Positions 30,322 to 39,961 of a stretch of 64,000 nucleotides of DNA are shown one piece after another. Each line of letters starts with the position of its first letter. Position 1 is the first letter of the stretch. A program made the position numbers and the translations under genes. Where the stretch lies: IMG/VR virus record IMGVR_UViG_3300003323_000567, positions 1-64,000 of that record. One strand, given 5' to 3'. Under the pieces are notes generated by a model. That model was given only the letters and a program-made list of their open reading frames with translations, was not told where the DNA came from and searched no databases. The stretch is from a virus.

Positions 30322-31173
30322 TTATTGTGGTGTCATATCACCATGAGAATCTCCCATTATGCCTCTTACTATAGCACCCGCTGCATCTGTTGCTATAGTG
30401 AGATCTGCTGTGAAGATGTCTTGAGAATTAATAGAATCATACAGCTGATTGAGGGCTCTGATAACGTCACTAGTATCCATGGAAGCTCCTGGGTCTATGA
30501 CAACATCTCCTCCAGCCTCAATGCTTACTGTTCCACGATTAGACTCTACCACCAGAGGCTGATTTACTGAGAAATCCCGCATTAGACAAGTCCTTACTAT
30601 AGCCTGCTTATACTTATTCAACTCAGATAGACTTCCCCCTCGGGGAAGGATGATTCTTTCTCCTACATAGTCCAGAATGTTATTACATTGAATTACATCA
30701 CCAGTGTGACCTTTTATTATGTCTTCTACTGCTGTTCTCACAGCTTTATGGCGATCATCAAATACATGCTTAGCTACGTAGAATTTGACCTGCTCAATGG
30801 AACTTATAGTCCTCATGCCATCTACACAGGCAATAAATAGGAGCTGATGATTCCCAGCAGGATCAAAAGTAGATAGGAATCCTTTTCCTATAAGATAAGT
30901 CCTTTGCTTTATCGTAAAATATAGAGGCAGCTTAGCAAGATTCATGATCTCCTTTATCTTCTTGGTGTTCAGTAGCCTACCTCTAAGCTGATTACTATAG
31001 GTACAATACTCTAGCTCAAACTCATCTGATAGTTCTCCTTTTAGGATAAATGGATAGTTCTGCGATTCTTTGCTAAAGTAGAGACCATATGGTTCCTTTT
31101 CTCCATATGAAAAGGAGTTAGCAAAAGAAAAGGTATTCTCTACTAGAGAATCCCCAAATTCTAATGTTGTCAT
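30322..31173 (-). CDS. Hypothetical protein coupled to the E1-like gene
   Basis: 283 aa, overlaps the ThiF stop codon. Confidence 0.65.
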   Translation of the reverse strand: MTTLEFGDSLVENTFSFANSFSYGEKEPYGLYFSKESQNYPFILKGELSDEFELEYCTYSNQLRGRLLNTKKIKEIMNLAKLPLYFTIKQRTYLIGKGFLSTFDPAGNHQLLFIACVDGMRTISSIEQVKFYVAKHVFDDRHKAVRTAVEDIIKGHTGDVIQCNNILDYVGERIILPRGGSLSELNKYKQAIVRTCLMRDFSVNQPLVVESNRGTVSIEAGGDVVIDPGASMDTSDVIRALNQLYDSINSQDIFTADLTIATDAAGAIVRGIMGDSHGDMTPQ

Positions 31174-31895
31174 GTTACAAGATTTGCGGGTATCAAATAT
31201 TCATACATGAAAGGGACTGCCCTTAGAGCAGGAAAGCCTCTTCCTATCATCTCCACATTTGCTACCCAATTAGTCAAAAATCCTACCATATGGGAGGCTA
31301 TCATGGCAGCACAGTGAGAAGTCTGCTTGAAAGTACATTCAGCTTCCTCTACCTCCTTGTCGTCAAATAGCCAGTTTCTTTCGTAATTCTCCATTCTGGC
31401 AGTATCATTACCCATCATATTGAAGATTTGTAACTGTTCTGCCAGAAGCCTCCCATCCTGAAAGAAGCAATTCCCCCTATCCCCCTCGGGAAGTGTAGAG
31501 ATGTGCCTTTTCCAGTTGTTAAAGGCTACTTTTCTTGCGACCATATTATCAAACCCACAAATCATGATATCATTTGAGAAAGAATCTTCATCATATCTAG
31601 TTGGATAGATACTTACCTGACAATTCGAGAATTCTGATATCACATCAGCCATGGCATCAACCTTAAGCATCCCTACAGCATTATGTTTCACAATTTGTCC
31701 AGTCATATTATGTACCTCATATTTATCCATATCAAATAAGTGCAAGTTACATCCAATCCTTGACAGCAAAAGAGCTGTCCAACTTCCAATTCCACCTTGC
31801 CCTAATACCATTACATCTCTTTTGTAGAGCAAGGGGAACCAACTGGCTCCCTTTACTCTACCAAACTGAGGTTCAACTGTTTCTATCTGAAACAT
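31170..31895 (-). CDS. ThiF/E1-like ubiquitin-activating enzyme
   Basis: GQGGIGS, FDMDKYEVHNMTGQ, CGFDNMVARK and DGRL motifs; candidate catalytic Cys in EAECT. Confidence 0.88.
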   Translation of the reverse strand: MFQIETVEPQFGRVKGASWFPLLYKRDVMVLGQGGIGSWTALLLSRIGCNLHLFDMDKYEVHNMTGQIVKHNAVGMLKVDAMADVISEFSNCQVSIYPTRYDEDSFSNDIMICGFDNMVARKVAFNNWKRHISTLPEGDRGNCFFQDGRLLAEQLQIFNMMGNDTARMENYERNWLFDDKEVEEAECTFKQTSHCAAMIASHMVGFLTNWVANVEMIGRGFPALRAVPFMYEYLIPANLVT

Positions 31896-31896
31896 A

Positions 31897-33189
31897 CTAA
31901 TTTCCTTTAATTTCGAGGTTTATAGCCTCCGTTAAATGACTTACCAGCTCAGGGTAGTCATTCTCATAGGTTTCCAGAATTTCAACGCACTTCTCCATAA
32001 TAGAATCGAAGAACATTAATTTCTGGCAATCTTCTGGGAAAGAGTCAATATAGAACTCTACAGCTCTGGTCTCTATTGCATCACAATAAAAGTGAAGCTG
32101 ATAAGGTGCTTTCCGAGATACATAATCCTCCTCAATAGGAAAGAACTCATTATCCAGTTTCTTCATTAGATTGCTCAGAGTTCCTTCATATAAGAAATCC
32201 AGAGACAAGAGCTTTGCTAGTAAAGTATAGACTCTAGGATCAGTCCTCATATTTCCCACTCGTTCCACCACCGAAGTTCCCTTTCCTCCTGGAACCCAGG
32301 GCTCTCTGTAGTCCTTACTTCTGATAATCTCACCATCTTTCGTTCCCTGAGGGATAGTACTTGACCCTTTAACGTCATCAAATAATCCGGCTTGCCTCCA
32401 CCTTGGATCAATGGTTGGGAGCTTATAGGACGAATTAGTCGCTGCAGCAGCTTTACGAGCCTTTTCCTTAAGCTCTTTGGCCTCTTTGAGCTCTTGAAAT
32501 CGACTCTTAAAAGAGTCCTCCACAGACTCCCCCGGCTTCAAGACCTCGCACTTGTATACATAAATAGCTTCACCTTCTTTCTTTCCCACCAGATTTTTCT
32601 CTGTCTTCTTACCTTCCTGGTTCATGAAACTTATTGTAATCTTGTTCTCAGATGTGGTCTCTGCCTTGAAGGCAATCTTGGCACACATCTCATTACGATT
32701 ATTTACGATAAGAGATACATAGAAATTGTGGAAGACACAATTATCAACCAATTCACTGTTATCTGTGCCAGAGAAGAATACTGCCATATTATTGTGGGAA
32801 TGAATATGACCTTTCTTCATGGATAAAGCCTCAGGATTTGCCATCAGGAACTTGATCAGGTCTGGGTCAGCCGGATCATATTCTGTATATGCCTGAGTAC
32901 CAATGTCTAAGAGGAATAAACCTTTGGCAATGATCTTAAAGTCTTCATTACCAAAGTCTCCTTCAGTTTCATAGAATAACATACCAGACCACTCATCGTT
33001 CCAGATTTCCTTACATAGGAAAGTTATCTGATTCTGCAGATCAGGAGTTATAAACAAGGGAACTACCTGACTTAATTCCTGCAGAGCTAAGCGCGGTTTT
33101 TGTGAGGTCTCGTGAGAGCTTTTTACAAGTCTCTTTTGTAATTTTTGGGTTTGCGAAGATTTCATTTGTGTGTGTTTGTGTTCTTTCAA
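31897..33189 (-). CDS. JAB/MPN (JAMM) metallopeptidase; start uncertain, possibly 33165
   Basis: EWSG...GHIHSHNNMAVFFSGTD fits E...HxH-x7-S-x2-D. Confidence 0.85.
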   Translation of the reverse strand: MKEHKHTQMKSSQTQKLQKRLVKSSHETSQKPRLALQELSQVVPLFITPDLQNQITFLCKEIWNDEWSGMLFYETEGDFGNEDFKIIAKGLFLLDIGTQAYTEYDPADPDLIKFLMANPEALSMKKGHIHSHNNMAVFFSGTDNSELVDNCVFHNFYVSLIVNNRNEMCAKIAFKAETTSENKITISFMNQEGKKTEKNLVGKKEGEAIYVYKCEVLKPGESVEDSFKSRFQELKEAKELKEKARKAAAATNSSYKLPTIDPRWRQAGLFDDVKGSSTIPQGTKDGEIIRSKDYREPWVPGGKGTSVVERVGNMRTDPRVYTLLAKLLSLDFLYEGTLSNLMKKLDNEFFPIEEDYVSRKAPYQLHFYCDAIETRAVEFYIDSFPEDCQKLMFFDSIMEKCVEILETYENDYPELVSHLTEAINLEIKGN

Positions 33190-34210
33190 TTACTTCAAAT
33201 TCTATGTCCCGTCCCTTAAAATTCAGAACTGGTCCTCTTTCGAAAATAATGTTTCTAGTATCCTCGGGCATAGCGTAGTACTGCCCTGCATTATCCCTTA
33301 GGGCTAGGAAGAGAGAGTTTCTATCAATATGCCTATAGCCAAATAAGGTCTGCATATTCCAATGAGCAATCTTATCTGCCATCCATTTCTCAAGATCAAG
33401 GGTTGGAATAGCAGTAATAGCTCTTTCTTCCACATTAAACCTGAACAGATTCATAATATCAGAGACACTAAGCTCTCTTGCCATATTTGAAATAATGACA
33501 CTAGCTGCCTTTTTAGCCATGTAGTCAGGAAGACTGTTATATGTACTTAATCTATCACTCCTGCTAAAGACATTTTCCATAAACATATAAGGGTGACCTT
33601 CTTTGGACTCCCATTCCAGATAGTTCTTGATATGCATCAAGAGCATCATAAAGTTTTCCGATGTGAATCTGGTATTCAGGAGAGCCAAAACCTGGTTTAT
33701 TTCACCCACCCCTGTACAGAAAGTGTGAAATGTCATCACACTAGGACTTAACCTCGGTAAGTGAGAATGAACATAGGAGGACACAAATTCTGCCTCAGTC
33801 AGTGTAGTTCTCATACCTTGTATGTAGGATGCAAGTGTTCCATTAGGTCGAAGGAATAATCTCACATACATATTTCTGATAAGATGTTGATCCTTATCAT
33901 TTTTGATGGTGATTTCTGGAAAATGGATAAGGATTTGATAACTCATGCAATCTTGAACTTGGGTACGTAGATAAGAGGCAACTCTTAGAGGTTCCAATGT
34001 TACCAGATTCCTTTCTACCCCTTGCCATAGTCCTACTTGGTTTAGCATCCTGCTAACACTAAAGTAAGTAGGTTTGGCTATCTGATTCCTCTCTTCTCCA
34101 TAGACACTATTCAATATTGCCTTCATTTCTGCAAGTACCTCAAAGTTGGTTCCTTTTTCCACTTCCAGACATGCAGCTTCTATTTTTTCTTGTACTATTG
34201 TTGAAGACAT
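33041..34210 (-). CDS. Prokaryotic E2-like conjugating enzyme (putative)
   Basis: IHFPEITI...YVHSHLP-x10-FCTG (Cys165) resembles the HPH...CxG E2 signature. Lies between the Ubl and JAB genes. Confidence 0.6.
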   Translation of the reverse strand: MSSTIVQEKIEAACLEVEKGTNFEVLAEMKAILNSVYGEERNQIAKPTYFSVSRMLNQVGLWQGVERNLVTLEPLRVASYLRTQVQDCMSYQILIHFPEITIKNDKDQHLIRNMYVRLFLRPNGTLASYIQGMRTTLTEAEFVSSYVHSHLPRLSPSVMTFHTFCTGVGEINQVLALLNTRFTSENFMMLLMHIKNYLEWESKEGHPYMFMENVFSRSDRLSTYNSLPDYMAKKAASVIISNMARELSVSDIMNLFRFNVEERAITAIPTLDLEKWMADKIAHWNMQTLFGYRHIDRNSLFLALRDNAGQYYAMPEDTRNIIFERGPVLNFKGRDIEFEVIERTQTHTNEIFANPKITKETCKKLSRDLTKTALSSAGIKSGSSLVYNS

Positions 34211-34213
34211 AAT

Positions 34214-34246
34214 AGAAAATTAGGGGAGATCCTAAGACCTCCCCTG
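34214..34246 (-). terminator. Terminator-like hairpin between the Ubl and E2 genes
   Basis: On -: AGGGGAG-loop-CTCCCCT followed by AATTTTCT. Confidence 0.5.
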
Positions 34247-34252
34247 TTTAAA

Positions 34253-34783
34253 TTAACCAAATATTTCCATATTCTTCTGCAACTTTGCAGCTTCTGCCCT
34301 TAGGGAAGCCAGGACTGGGTCGGTAGGAGTGGGTAATGGGGCTCTACCTGCTCTCTTTGTTGTACTGGTCAATACATCAATAGCCTTTTCCAGCAAAGCA
34401 AAAGCACGTTTAGCCCTAGCAATTGCCAGATCTTTGCTACTTTTAAAGATAAAATTGCCAGAATCAGGATCTTCTTCTGACCAGTCTTCATCTTCCCAAC
34501 CAGTCGTGTCTTCCATGTCTGCATCCTCATCAATCAGTTCATCATCAGAATAGCCACTTTTAACCTTTTGTGGCATTAGGAATAACTGAAATTCACCCTC
34601 AGGGAGCTCAGCCTGTAAGCTTTCCAGAGTTACCTGACCAGGATTGGTCATTGCCTTTAATCCTTCAAAACGAACTCCTGCAGATGCCAGATCAGATTGG
34701 AGATCTCCCCAGGTTGTTGCATTTGAGAAAACTTCTTTCATGTTGTCACCAAGAGTACTGTAAGTTACGATTCTACGTGCCAT
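34253..34783 (-). CDS. Ubiquitin-like (beta-grasp) protein with C-terminal extension after KVKSG77
   Basis: 77-aa N-domain with beta-grasp-like periodicity ending LFLMPQKVKSG, followed by an acidic linker and a helical tail. Confidence 0.65.
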   Translation of the reverse strand: MARRIVTYSTLGDNMKEVFSNATTWGDLQSDLASAGVRFEGLKAMTNPGQVTLESLQAELPEGEFQLFLMPQKVKSGYSDDELIDEDADMEDTTGWEDEDWSEEDPDSGNFIFKSSKDLAIARAKRAFALLEKAIDVLTSTTKRAGRAPLPTPTDPVLASLRAEAAKLQKNMEIFG

Positions 34784-34803
34784 ATTGCTTCTTTTTTTAA
34801 TGT

Positions 34804-35328
34804 TTAGCTAAATAATTGTTCTCTACTTGTCACTACTGGAGCAGGTTCTCCAGCATTTGTTACCACTACATCTTGTACAGGAGCAAAACTCCCTCTGGAG
34901 AGACCCTCTGCTATTGGAGCAGGAGTTGCCTCTCTATCCACAATATTTAACTGTATTGGAGGAATTGTTTTCTTGTTCCTCAGCTTTGAATGTTTGAAGA
35001 GCTGTACAATCTGGCCTGGGGTCAGATTATAATACTGCTGGATACTTCCATATCCCTTATCATCCTTTGCCAGCCTTGTATAGCCTCGTTTCAAAAGATC
35101 CAATACATCTTGTACCACAATCTCTGGTGCTGTGCTTGAACTCATATTACTTGAATTATTAGTGTCAGTTCTCTGATACTTTCTCCCTTGGGCTCTGTAC
35201 TCTTCACTAATCTGATCCTCCAGATCCCTTTGTACATATGTTCTAGTCTTTTCTGACCTTTCCTCCAACTCCTGTCCTTCTTTCAGGAGTCCTAACCTCC
35301 TCAGTTCTTCCAACATCAAGTTGTCCAT
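34804..35328 (-). CDS. Hypothetical protein (start may be 35145)
   Basis: ORF with a small helical core (VLDLLKRGYTR...IQQYYNLT). Confidence 0.55.
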   Translation of the reverse strand: MDNLMLEELRRLGLLKEGQELEERSEKTRTYVQRDLEDQISEEYRAQGRKYQRTDTNNSSNMSSSTAPEIVVQDVLDLLKRGYTRLAKDDKGYGSIQQYYNLTPGQIVQLFKHSKLRNKKTIPPIQLNIVDREATPAPIAEGLSRGSFAPVQDVVVTNAGEPAPVVTSREQLFS

Positions 35329-36037
35329 ATACCCAGTTTATTTGTTCCTCATTACAATTCTTCAAGATCTTATTGATCTTGGTGAAAATCTTATCATGCT
35401 CCCACTCCCTTCCCTTATGAGCAGCTGCTGCAGGATGTTCTACTTCAAAACCCCAGTGTAGAAAAGGAACAATAGTTTTTGCCATAATGTGAGCATTTTT
35501 CCCAAAAGAAACATATACAAGCCCTTTTGTATAGAAATTGATCACATTCTCAAAGAGATAGTTAATGAACTTGTCCCACCTACCCCCATGGGAAGATGGT
35601 TTGCTCATTTCCACAGTTAAGCTGGTATTAAGGAGCAGGATACCTTGTTGGGCTAAATAGGACAGATCTGGTTGTCTTGGAACCTTTACTCCCAAATCAT
35701 CTTCCATACCTTGATAGAATAGCTCAAGAGAAGGCTGACATACCCCTGTATTGCTACAGCTCATTGCCATTCCATCTGCAGTATAAATCCTCTTGCCATT
35801 ATGATCAAGTTTTACCCATGGATATGGATCCTGGAGTATAAAGACTGCCCTTAGCTTAGAAAAAGGACATTCTCTGAATGCTCTGAAAGTATTAGAATGC
35901 TCTGGGCATATAATCTTCCCTTCTCTAGCCTCAGCCTTTAGGAATTTATATATGTCATCAAAGTCTTGAGATTCAATGAATTCCCTAAATTTGGGAGCCC
36001 AATCTCCTAGCTGTGGTGCTATTTTTTCGTATTCCAT
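35243..36037 (-). CDS. ung: Uracil-DNA glycosylase (family 1)
   Basis: LQDPYP, ADGMAMS, QGILLLNTSLTV and EHPA motifs. Confidence 0.9.
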   Translation of the reverse strand: MEYEKIAPQLGDWAPKFREFIESQDFDDIYKFLKAEAREGKIICPEHSNTFRAFRECPFSKLRAVFILQDPYPWVKLDHNGKRIYTADGMAMSCSNTGVCQPSLELFYQGMEDDLGVKVPRQPDLSYLAQQGILLLNTSLTVEMSKPSSHGGRWDKFINYLFENVINFYTKGLVYVSFGKNAHIMAKTIVPFLHWGFEVEHPAAAAHKGREWEHDKIFTKINKILKNCNEEQINWVYGQLDVGRTEEVRTPERRTGVGGKVRKD

Positions 36038-36618
36038 TAGGTTAACCTCCAGACGGCTACTTGATTATTACCAATCCTGTCTACATAGAACTTCTTATCT
36101 GTGTCCATTAGAGAGACAAAGCTATTCACTCCTGCTCTAGCCATTGAGATCTTTCTTGATATATTATCCTCAGTGCAATCATCAAATATCACAATATGAT
36201 CTCCTACTTGCATGGCTTTGAGTGGTAAAGACCTGTAATTGAAATACTTTGCCTTTTTCTTCTCTACTTGTGCAGAGCTCACAGGAGCTGAAACATCTTT
36301 CTTAATCTCAAAAGATGAGCTCTTTTGCTTCTCAGAAGAAGAATTAGAGCTTTGTGTACTTTTGCGAACAACTCCTTCAACAGCATATCTTACAGGCTTA
36401 AAATAGGCTTTATCAGCAATTTCTCCTATTCTCTCAAGAGATAGTCCATCAAGTGGGATTGTGCCTGTTCCATCAGTGTGGATAATAAAGCATCTTTCTC
36501 CCCTGATCTCCATGTCTCCAGGCTTATTTCTGTAAAGCCCGCAGCTCTTTACCTTTTCTGTGATATACTTCACTGCATCCTTTTTTAAGTCTGCAATGCG
36601 AGATCCATATGAAATCAT
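36037..36618 (-). CDS. Hypothetical protein
   Basis: 193 aa, translationally coupled. Confidence 0.6.
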   Translation of the reverse strand: MISYGSRIADLKKDAVKYITEKVKSCGLYRNKPGDMEIRGERCFIIHTDGTGTIPLDGLSLERIGEIADKAYFKPVRYAVEGVVRKSTQSSNSSSEKQKSSSFEIKKDVSAPVSSAQVEKKKAKYFNYRSLPLKAMQVGDHIVIFDDCTEDNISRKISMARAGVNSFVSLMDTDKKFYVDRIGNNQVAVWRLT

Positions 36619-37613
36619 ATAACACCTTTTTGTTTAAAATGATTAATAACTGTCTCTAAACCATGATACTTTGCTAAATCAGCAAAGTCCTTTATCACTT
36701 TGCCTTCAGGTGTGATGAACCCTTTCGGACAATTTATCCATTTGAATCCAAACTGATTATAGTACTTACATGCTTGCACACCTACATCATCACTATCGAA
36801 GTTAAGATAAGTAGTCGAGCAGTTCTTGTTTATGAGATCTATATTTTCTTTTGTAATAGCTATCTCACTCTCACTCTGTACTGAGGCCACATTTGGAAGA
36901 AACTTAGCTAAGACCATCTCATCCTTCTTGGACTTGGTTATTACACCTGTCTTGCAATTGTTTATTATCTTACTTAGGTTACTAATATATCTATTCGGAA
37001 CATTAGTAAGCCATTTGTTCCTCTTATCCCCTAAGGGTCTGTAGATCTTCCACTTATCTTTATTATCCCCCATGAGATAGCCAAATACCATATCAGTAGG
37101 AGGTATCATTATCCTCTCCCTATCAAGATAGAGCTTCTTCACAGCATATACATCATTTTCCTTAAGCTCTTTCTCTGTAATATGAAAGGATTTCCAATAA
37201 GCTAATTCAGAGCTATCAAACCTTCTGGTGACAACCTGGATTAAATAATCCTTTTTTGGTAATGAGTCTGTGATAGCCACTCTCTGCTTCTTTTCCTCTG
37301 GGCAGCTATATGCCCCAAGGTCTCTGGCAATCATTTTAAGAGCGGCCCAATAGCTCATTCCCATATATAGCTGTCTGACAAAATCCACACAATCTCCTCT
37401 CTTTGTAGGGTCTCCATAATCTAGGTGATGTAATCTCCCTGATTTTGAGACTATTATAGAGAAGCTGGGATCATTCTCCTTTCTGAAAGGGGAGCAGAAT
37501 GTTCTTCCAAGCACAAAGTCATGGCCAACATAGTACCTATATATCTCATAGTCGCTCACCTTCTCAAGTATAGCTTCGATAGTAAGATCTACTTTCTTTG
37601 CTCCTTTTACCAT
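36615..37613 (-). CDS. DNA primase (Zn-finger-like + TOPRIM)
   Basis: CSPFRKENDPSF...GDCVDFV N-domain, plus ITKSKKD, FDSDDVG and KDFAD motifs. Confidence 0.85.
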   Translation of the reverse strand: MVKGAKKVDLTIEAILEKVSDYEIYRYYVGHDFVLGRTFCSPFRKENDPSFSIIVSKSGRLHHLDYGDPTKRGDCVDFVRQLYMGMSYWAALKMIARDLGAYSCPEEKKQRVAITDSLPKKDYLIQVVTRRFDSSELAYWKSFHITEKELKENDVYAVKKLYLDRERIMIPPTDMVFGYLMGDNKDKWKIYRPLGDKRNKWLTNVPNRYISNLSKIINNCKTGVITKSKKDEMVLAKFLPNVASVQSESEIAITKENIDLINKNCSTTYLNFDSDDVGVQACKYYNQFGFKWINCPKGFITPEGKVIKDFADLAKYHGLETVINHFKQKGVI

Positions 37614-37682
37614 GATACGAAGTTAAAATAAAAAGCCCAGAGGTGGACACCTCCAGGCTAAATGAAAACAACACGAATATAA

Positions 37683-38531
37683 TTAGTAACTTGTATCATC
37701 CTCAGAAATCACAGCACTTCCAGCTGTAATGTTCTTAGAAGGATCATATGGAGTTAATTCTCCAAGTGTAAAATGATCCTTGATTCCATACTGAGGATCA
37801 GTGATGTTCAGAACAAACTTCTGAAGCTTGCTCCTTTTCTTCTTCTCAGTAGCCTTAGCTCCTTCAATGAAGTTGTCATCAATTTTCCTCAATCTGATCT
37901 GCTTCATGGCATATCCAGGCAGGAATTCCTTATTATACACCTGTTCATACTCCATCGGTTGACCTTCTTTGTCAACAGTCCTCATTGTAACAAGGCAGCA
38001 AATTGTGCCGCTATATTCACCATTTATCTCCTGAGAGATCTCTTTAACATTTCCTTTCATCAGTTTAGACCAGTCAAAGGCTAAGACTGTCTCGGCATCT
38101 CTGGTATCAAGCTTGTTCAGCCAGGTAACAGCAAAATTATAGAGCTCTTCCTCACCTTCATGGGCCACTCTATATGGTCTGGATGCAAACCATTCAGCAA
38201 GATTCTTGGGGTTATCTGCCCAAGTAGTCATACCAACATCATTGATATACTGCTTCTTGGTTTTATCCTTATTCTCCTTCTCCACATCTTTCAAAAAGAA
38301 TCTGATATTCCTAAGTTCTCCACTTTTCACATCTTTTACCCATGCCACAACATTAACCTTTGTTTTCCCACTTTCATCCTTACTTAAGTATTCTGGATCT
38401 TTCTCCAGGGTAGTACTGAGAATCTTCTCCAATTTCTCCCGATCGGGATTAATAGCTATTACTTCCCCTTCGAAGAACCCAGTTTTCTTTACAAACTCCT
38501 TTTGCTCTCTTGCTTTACCTTTGATACTCAT
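37683..38531 (-). CDS. Putative ssDNA-binding/replication protein
   Basis: 282 aa with acidic C-terminal tail (SEDDTSY), located between the primase and the AAA ATPase. Confidence 0.5.
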   Translation of the reverse strand: MSIKGKAREQKEFVKKTGFFEGEVIAINPDREKLEKILSTTLEKDPEYLSKDESGKTKVNVVAWVKDVKSGELRNIRFFLKDVEKENKDKTKKQYINDVGMTTWADNPKNLAEWFASRPYRVAHEGEEELYNFAVTWLNKLDTRDAETVLAFDWSKLMKGNVKEISQEINGEYSGTICCLVTMRTVDKEGQPMEYEQVYNKEFLPGYAMKQIRLRKIDDNFIEGAKATEKKKRSKLQKFVLNITDPQYGIKDHFTLGELTPYDPSKNITAGSAVISEDDTSY

Positions 38532-38535
38532 ATTC

Positions 38536-39099
38536 TTATTTTGTTTTATACTTGATACCCCTGATGATCATCCAGTTTATGGTTCTTGGATCCACCTGCC
38601 TTGTTCTGGAGTCATAGTCTGGCTTGGTCTCGTCTTTGGCAATCTCCATATCAATAAAGCTTACCCGGCCAAATTCATTTTGAGAACCGTAATGCCTTCC
38701 TACCATTGTTCTCTCTTTACCTGTAATAACAGAAGAGATGATGTCTTTTACCTTGGTCTTATAATCGGCCTCACTGAGCATTTTTCCACCTTTGTTCGGG
38801 TAGATCTGAGCTAACTGGTCAACAGCATCCTTTTCTTTTACCTGGGTGTTGAAGTTAACAGTCATAGCCACCCCTGGGGAAGCTAGGAATATGGCTGCGG
38901 CTTCAGTTCTAGTAATTACTTGCTCCTTTTCGAACTGTGTTGCTGAGGTAAGTAGACTTTCTACATAACCCCTGTTCAACACAATATCCTCTCCACTATC
39001 TGCCTTTAATTGAACCCTGTCCCCAGCAATCTTAACTACAGAATAGTACTGAGTTTCACTCAGTTTCTCTCCTACTTTTAGGTCTTTGAATTTTGTCAT
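38536..39099 (-). CDS. Hypothetical protein
   Basis: 187 aa with C-terminal RQVDPRTINW motif. Confidence 0.65.
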   Translation of the reverse strand: MTKFKDLKVGEKLSETQYYSVVKIAGDRVQLKADSGEDIVLNRGYVESLLTSATQFEKEQVITRTEAAAIFLASPGVAMTVNFNTQVKEKDAVDQLAQIYPNKGGKMLSEADYKTKVKDIISSVITGKERTMVGRHYGSQNEFGRVSFIDMEIAKDETKPDYDSRTRQVDPRTINWMIIRGIKYKTK

Positions 39100-39109
39100 A
39101 TGTGAGTTT

Positions 39110-39946
39110 TTATAATGTACCTGTTTCTTTTGAGAAGAATCCTATTGTAACATCTTCTCCACGAGAAGCTGCTACTCTATACTTGGCAGTTGCCTTAGTA
39201 GACATCATATAGGTATGCCCAATACTCTCAGCAGTATTCTTGTGAGCCAATGTATTACTTGTATCAATAGACAGAAGCCTAATAACATAAGCAACATCTT
39301 CCTCTGTACCAACAAAGGTTACAGTAAAGCCTTTAGCTTCACATTGTTTGATGAGATCAGATATTGCTTTAGGATTTTTCCACGGAGAATCAAATGAGGT
39401 TGAGTTCTCCTGACCATCTGTGAAGATTTTAACAAGAACTTTGTCTTTGCCATTGGCTTCAGAAAGGAGCTTGGTAAGAGTGTCCCCCAAGGTCTGAAGC
39501 AGGGCTGTAGTACCCCTTGTTCTTCCACTAAATGGCTTAGCCTCTCCCAGAGGGGTCTTCCAGCAGAATGTCTGGATATCATATGGATCAGAGAAGTGAA
39601 CAATTGTCTGAGTTACCTCAGTGCTATTATCTTTCTTCATTTCATCCATTTCTGAATTGATACCTTCTATTGCAGTGTTGAACTTGGCTCCTTGCATTGA
39701 GCCTGAGGCATCTAGGATATGAACATTATGTACAGTGATACGTTCTATCACCTGAGCCTTTTTTGAGGCTTTTTTTCTCGTTTTCTTAACAGTAGCCACT
39801 GGTTCAGTAGGTCCAGCTATCATAGACTTTAAATAAGTCTCATATTTTTCTACTGTAGAGAAGCCAAATTTGACTGCCAGTTTTTCTCTGGCAGTCGTAT
39901 TGGCCTTCTTGAAATCCTCTAAGAGTCTCTCGAAGATCTTACTCAT
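39110..39946 (-). CDS. vWA-domain protein
   Basis: ILDASGSM MIDAS motif, GTTAL and FTDGQEN. Confidence 0.85.
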   Translation of the reverse strand: MSKIFERLLEDFKKANTTAREKLAVKFGFSTVEKYETYLKSMIAGPTEPVATVKKTRKKASKKAQVIERITVHNVHILDASGSMQGAKFNTAIEGINSEMDEMKKDNSTEVTQTIVHFSDPYDIQTFCWKTPLGEAKPFSGRTRGTTALLQTLGDTLTKLLSEANGKDKVLVKIFTDGQENSTSFDSPWKNPKAISDLIKQCEAKGFTVTFVGTEEDVAYVIRLLSIDTSNTLAHKNTAESIGHTYMMSTKATAKYRVAASRGEDVTIGFFSKETGTL

Positions 39947-39961
39947 ATTTGATTTTTTTTA

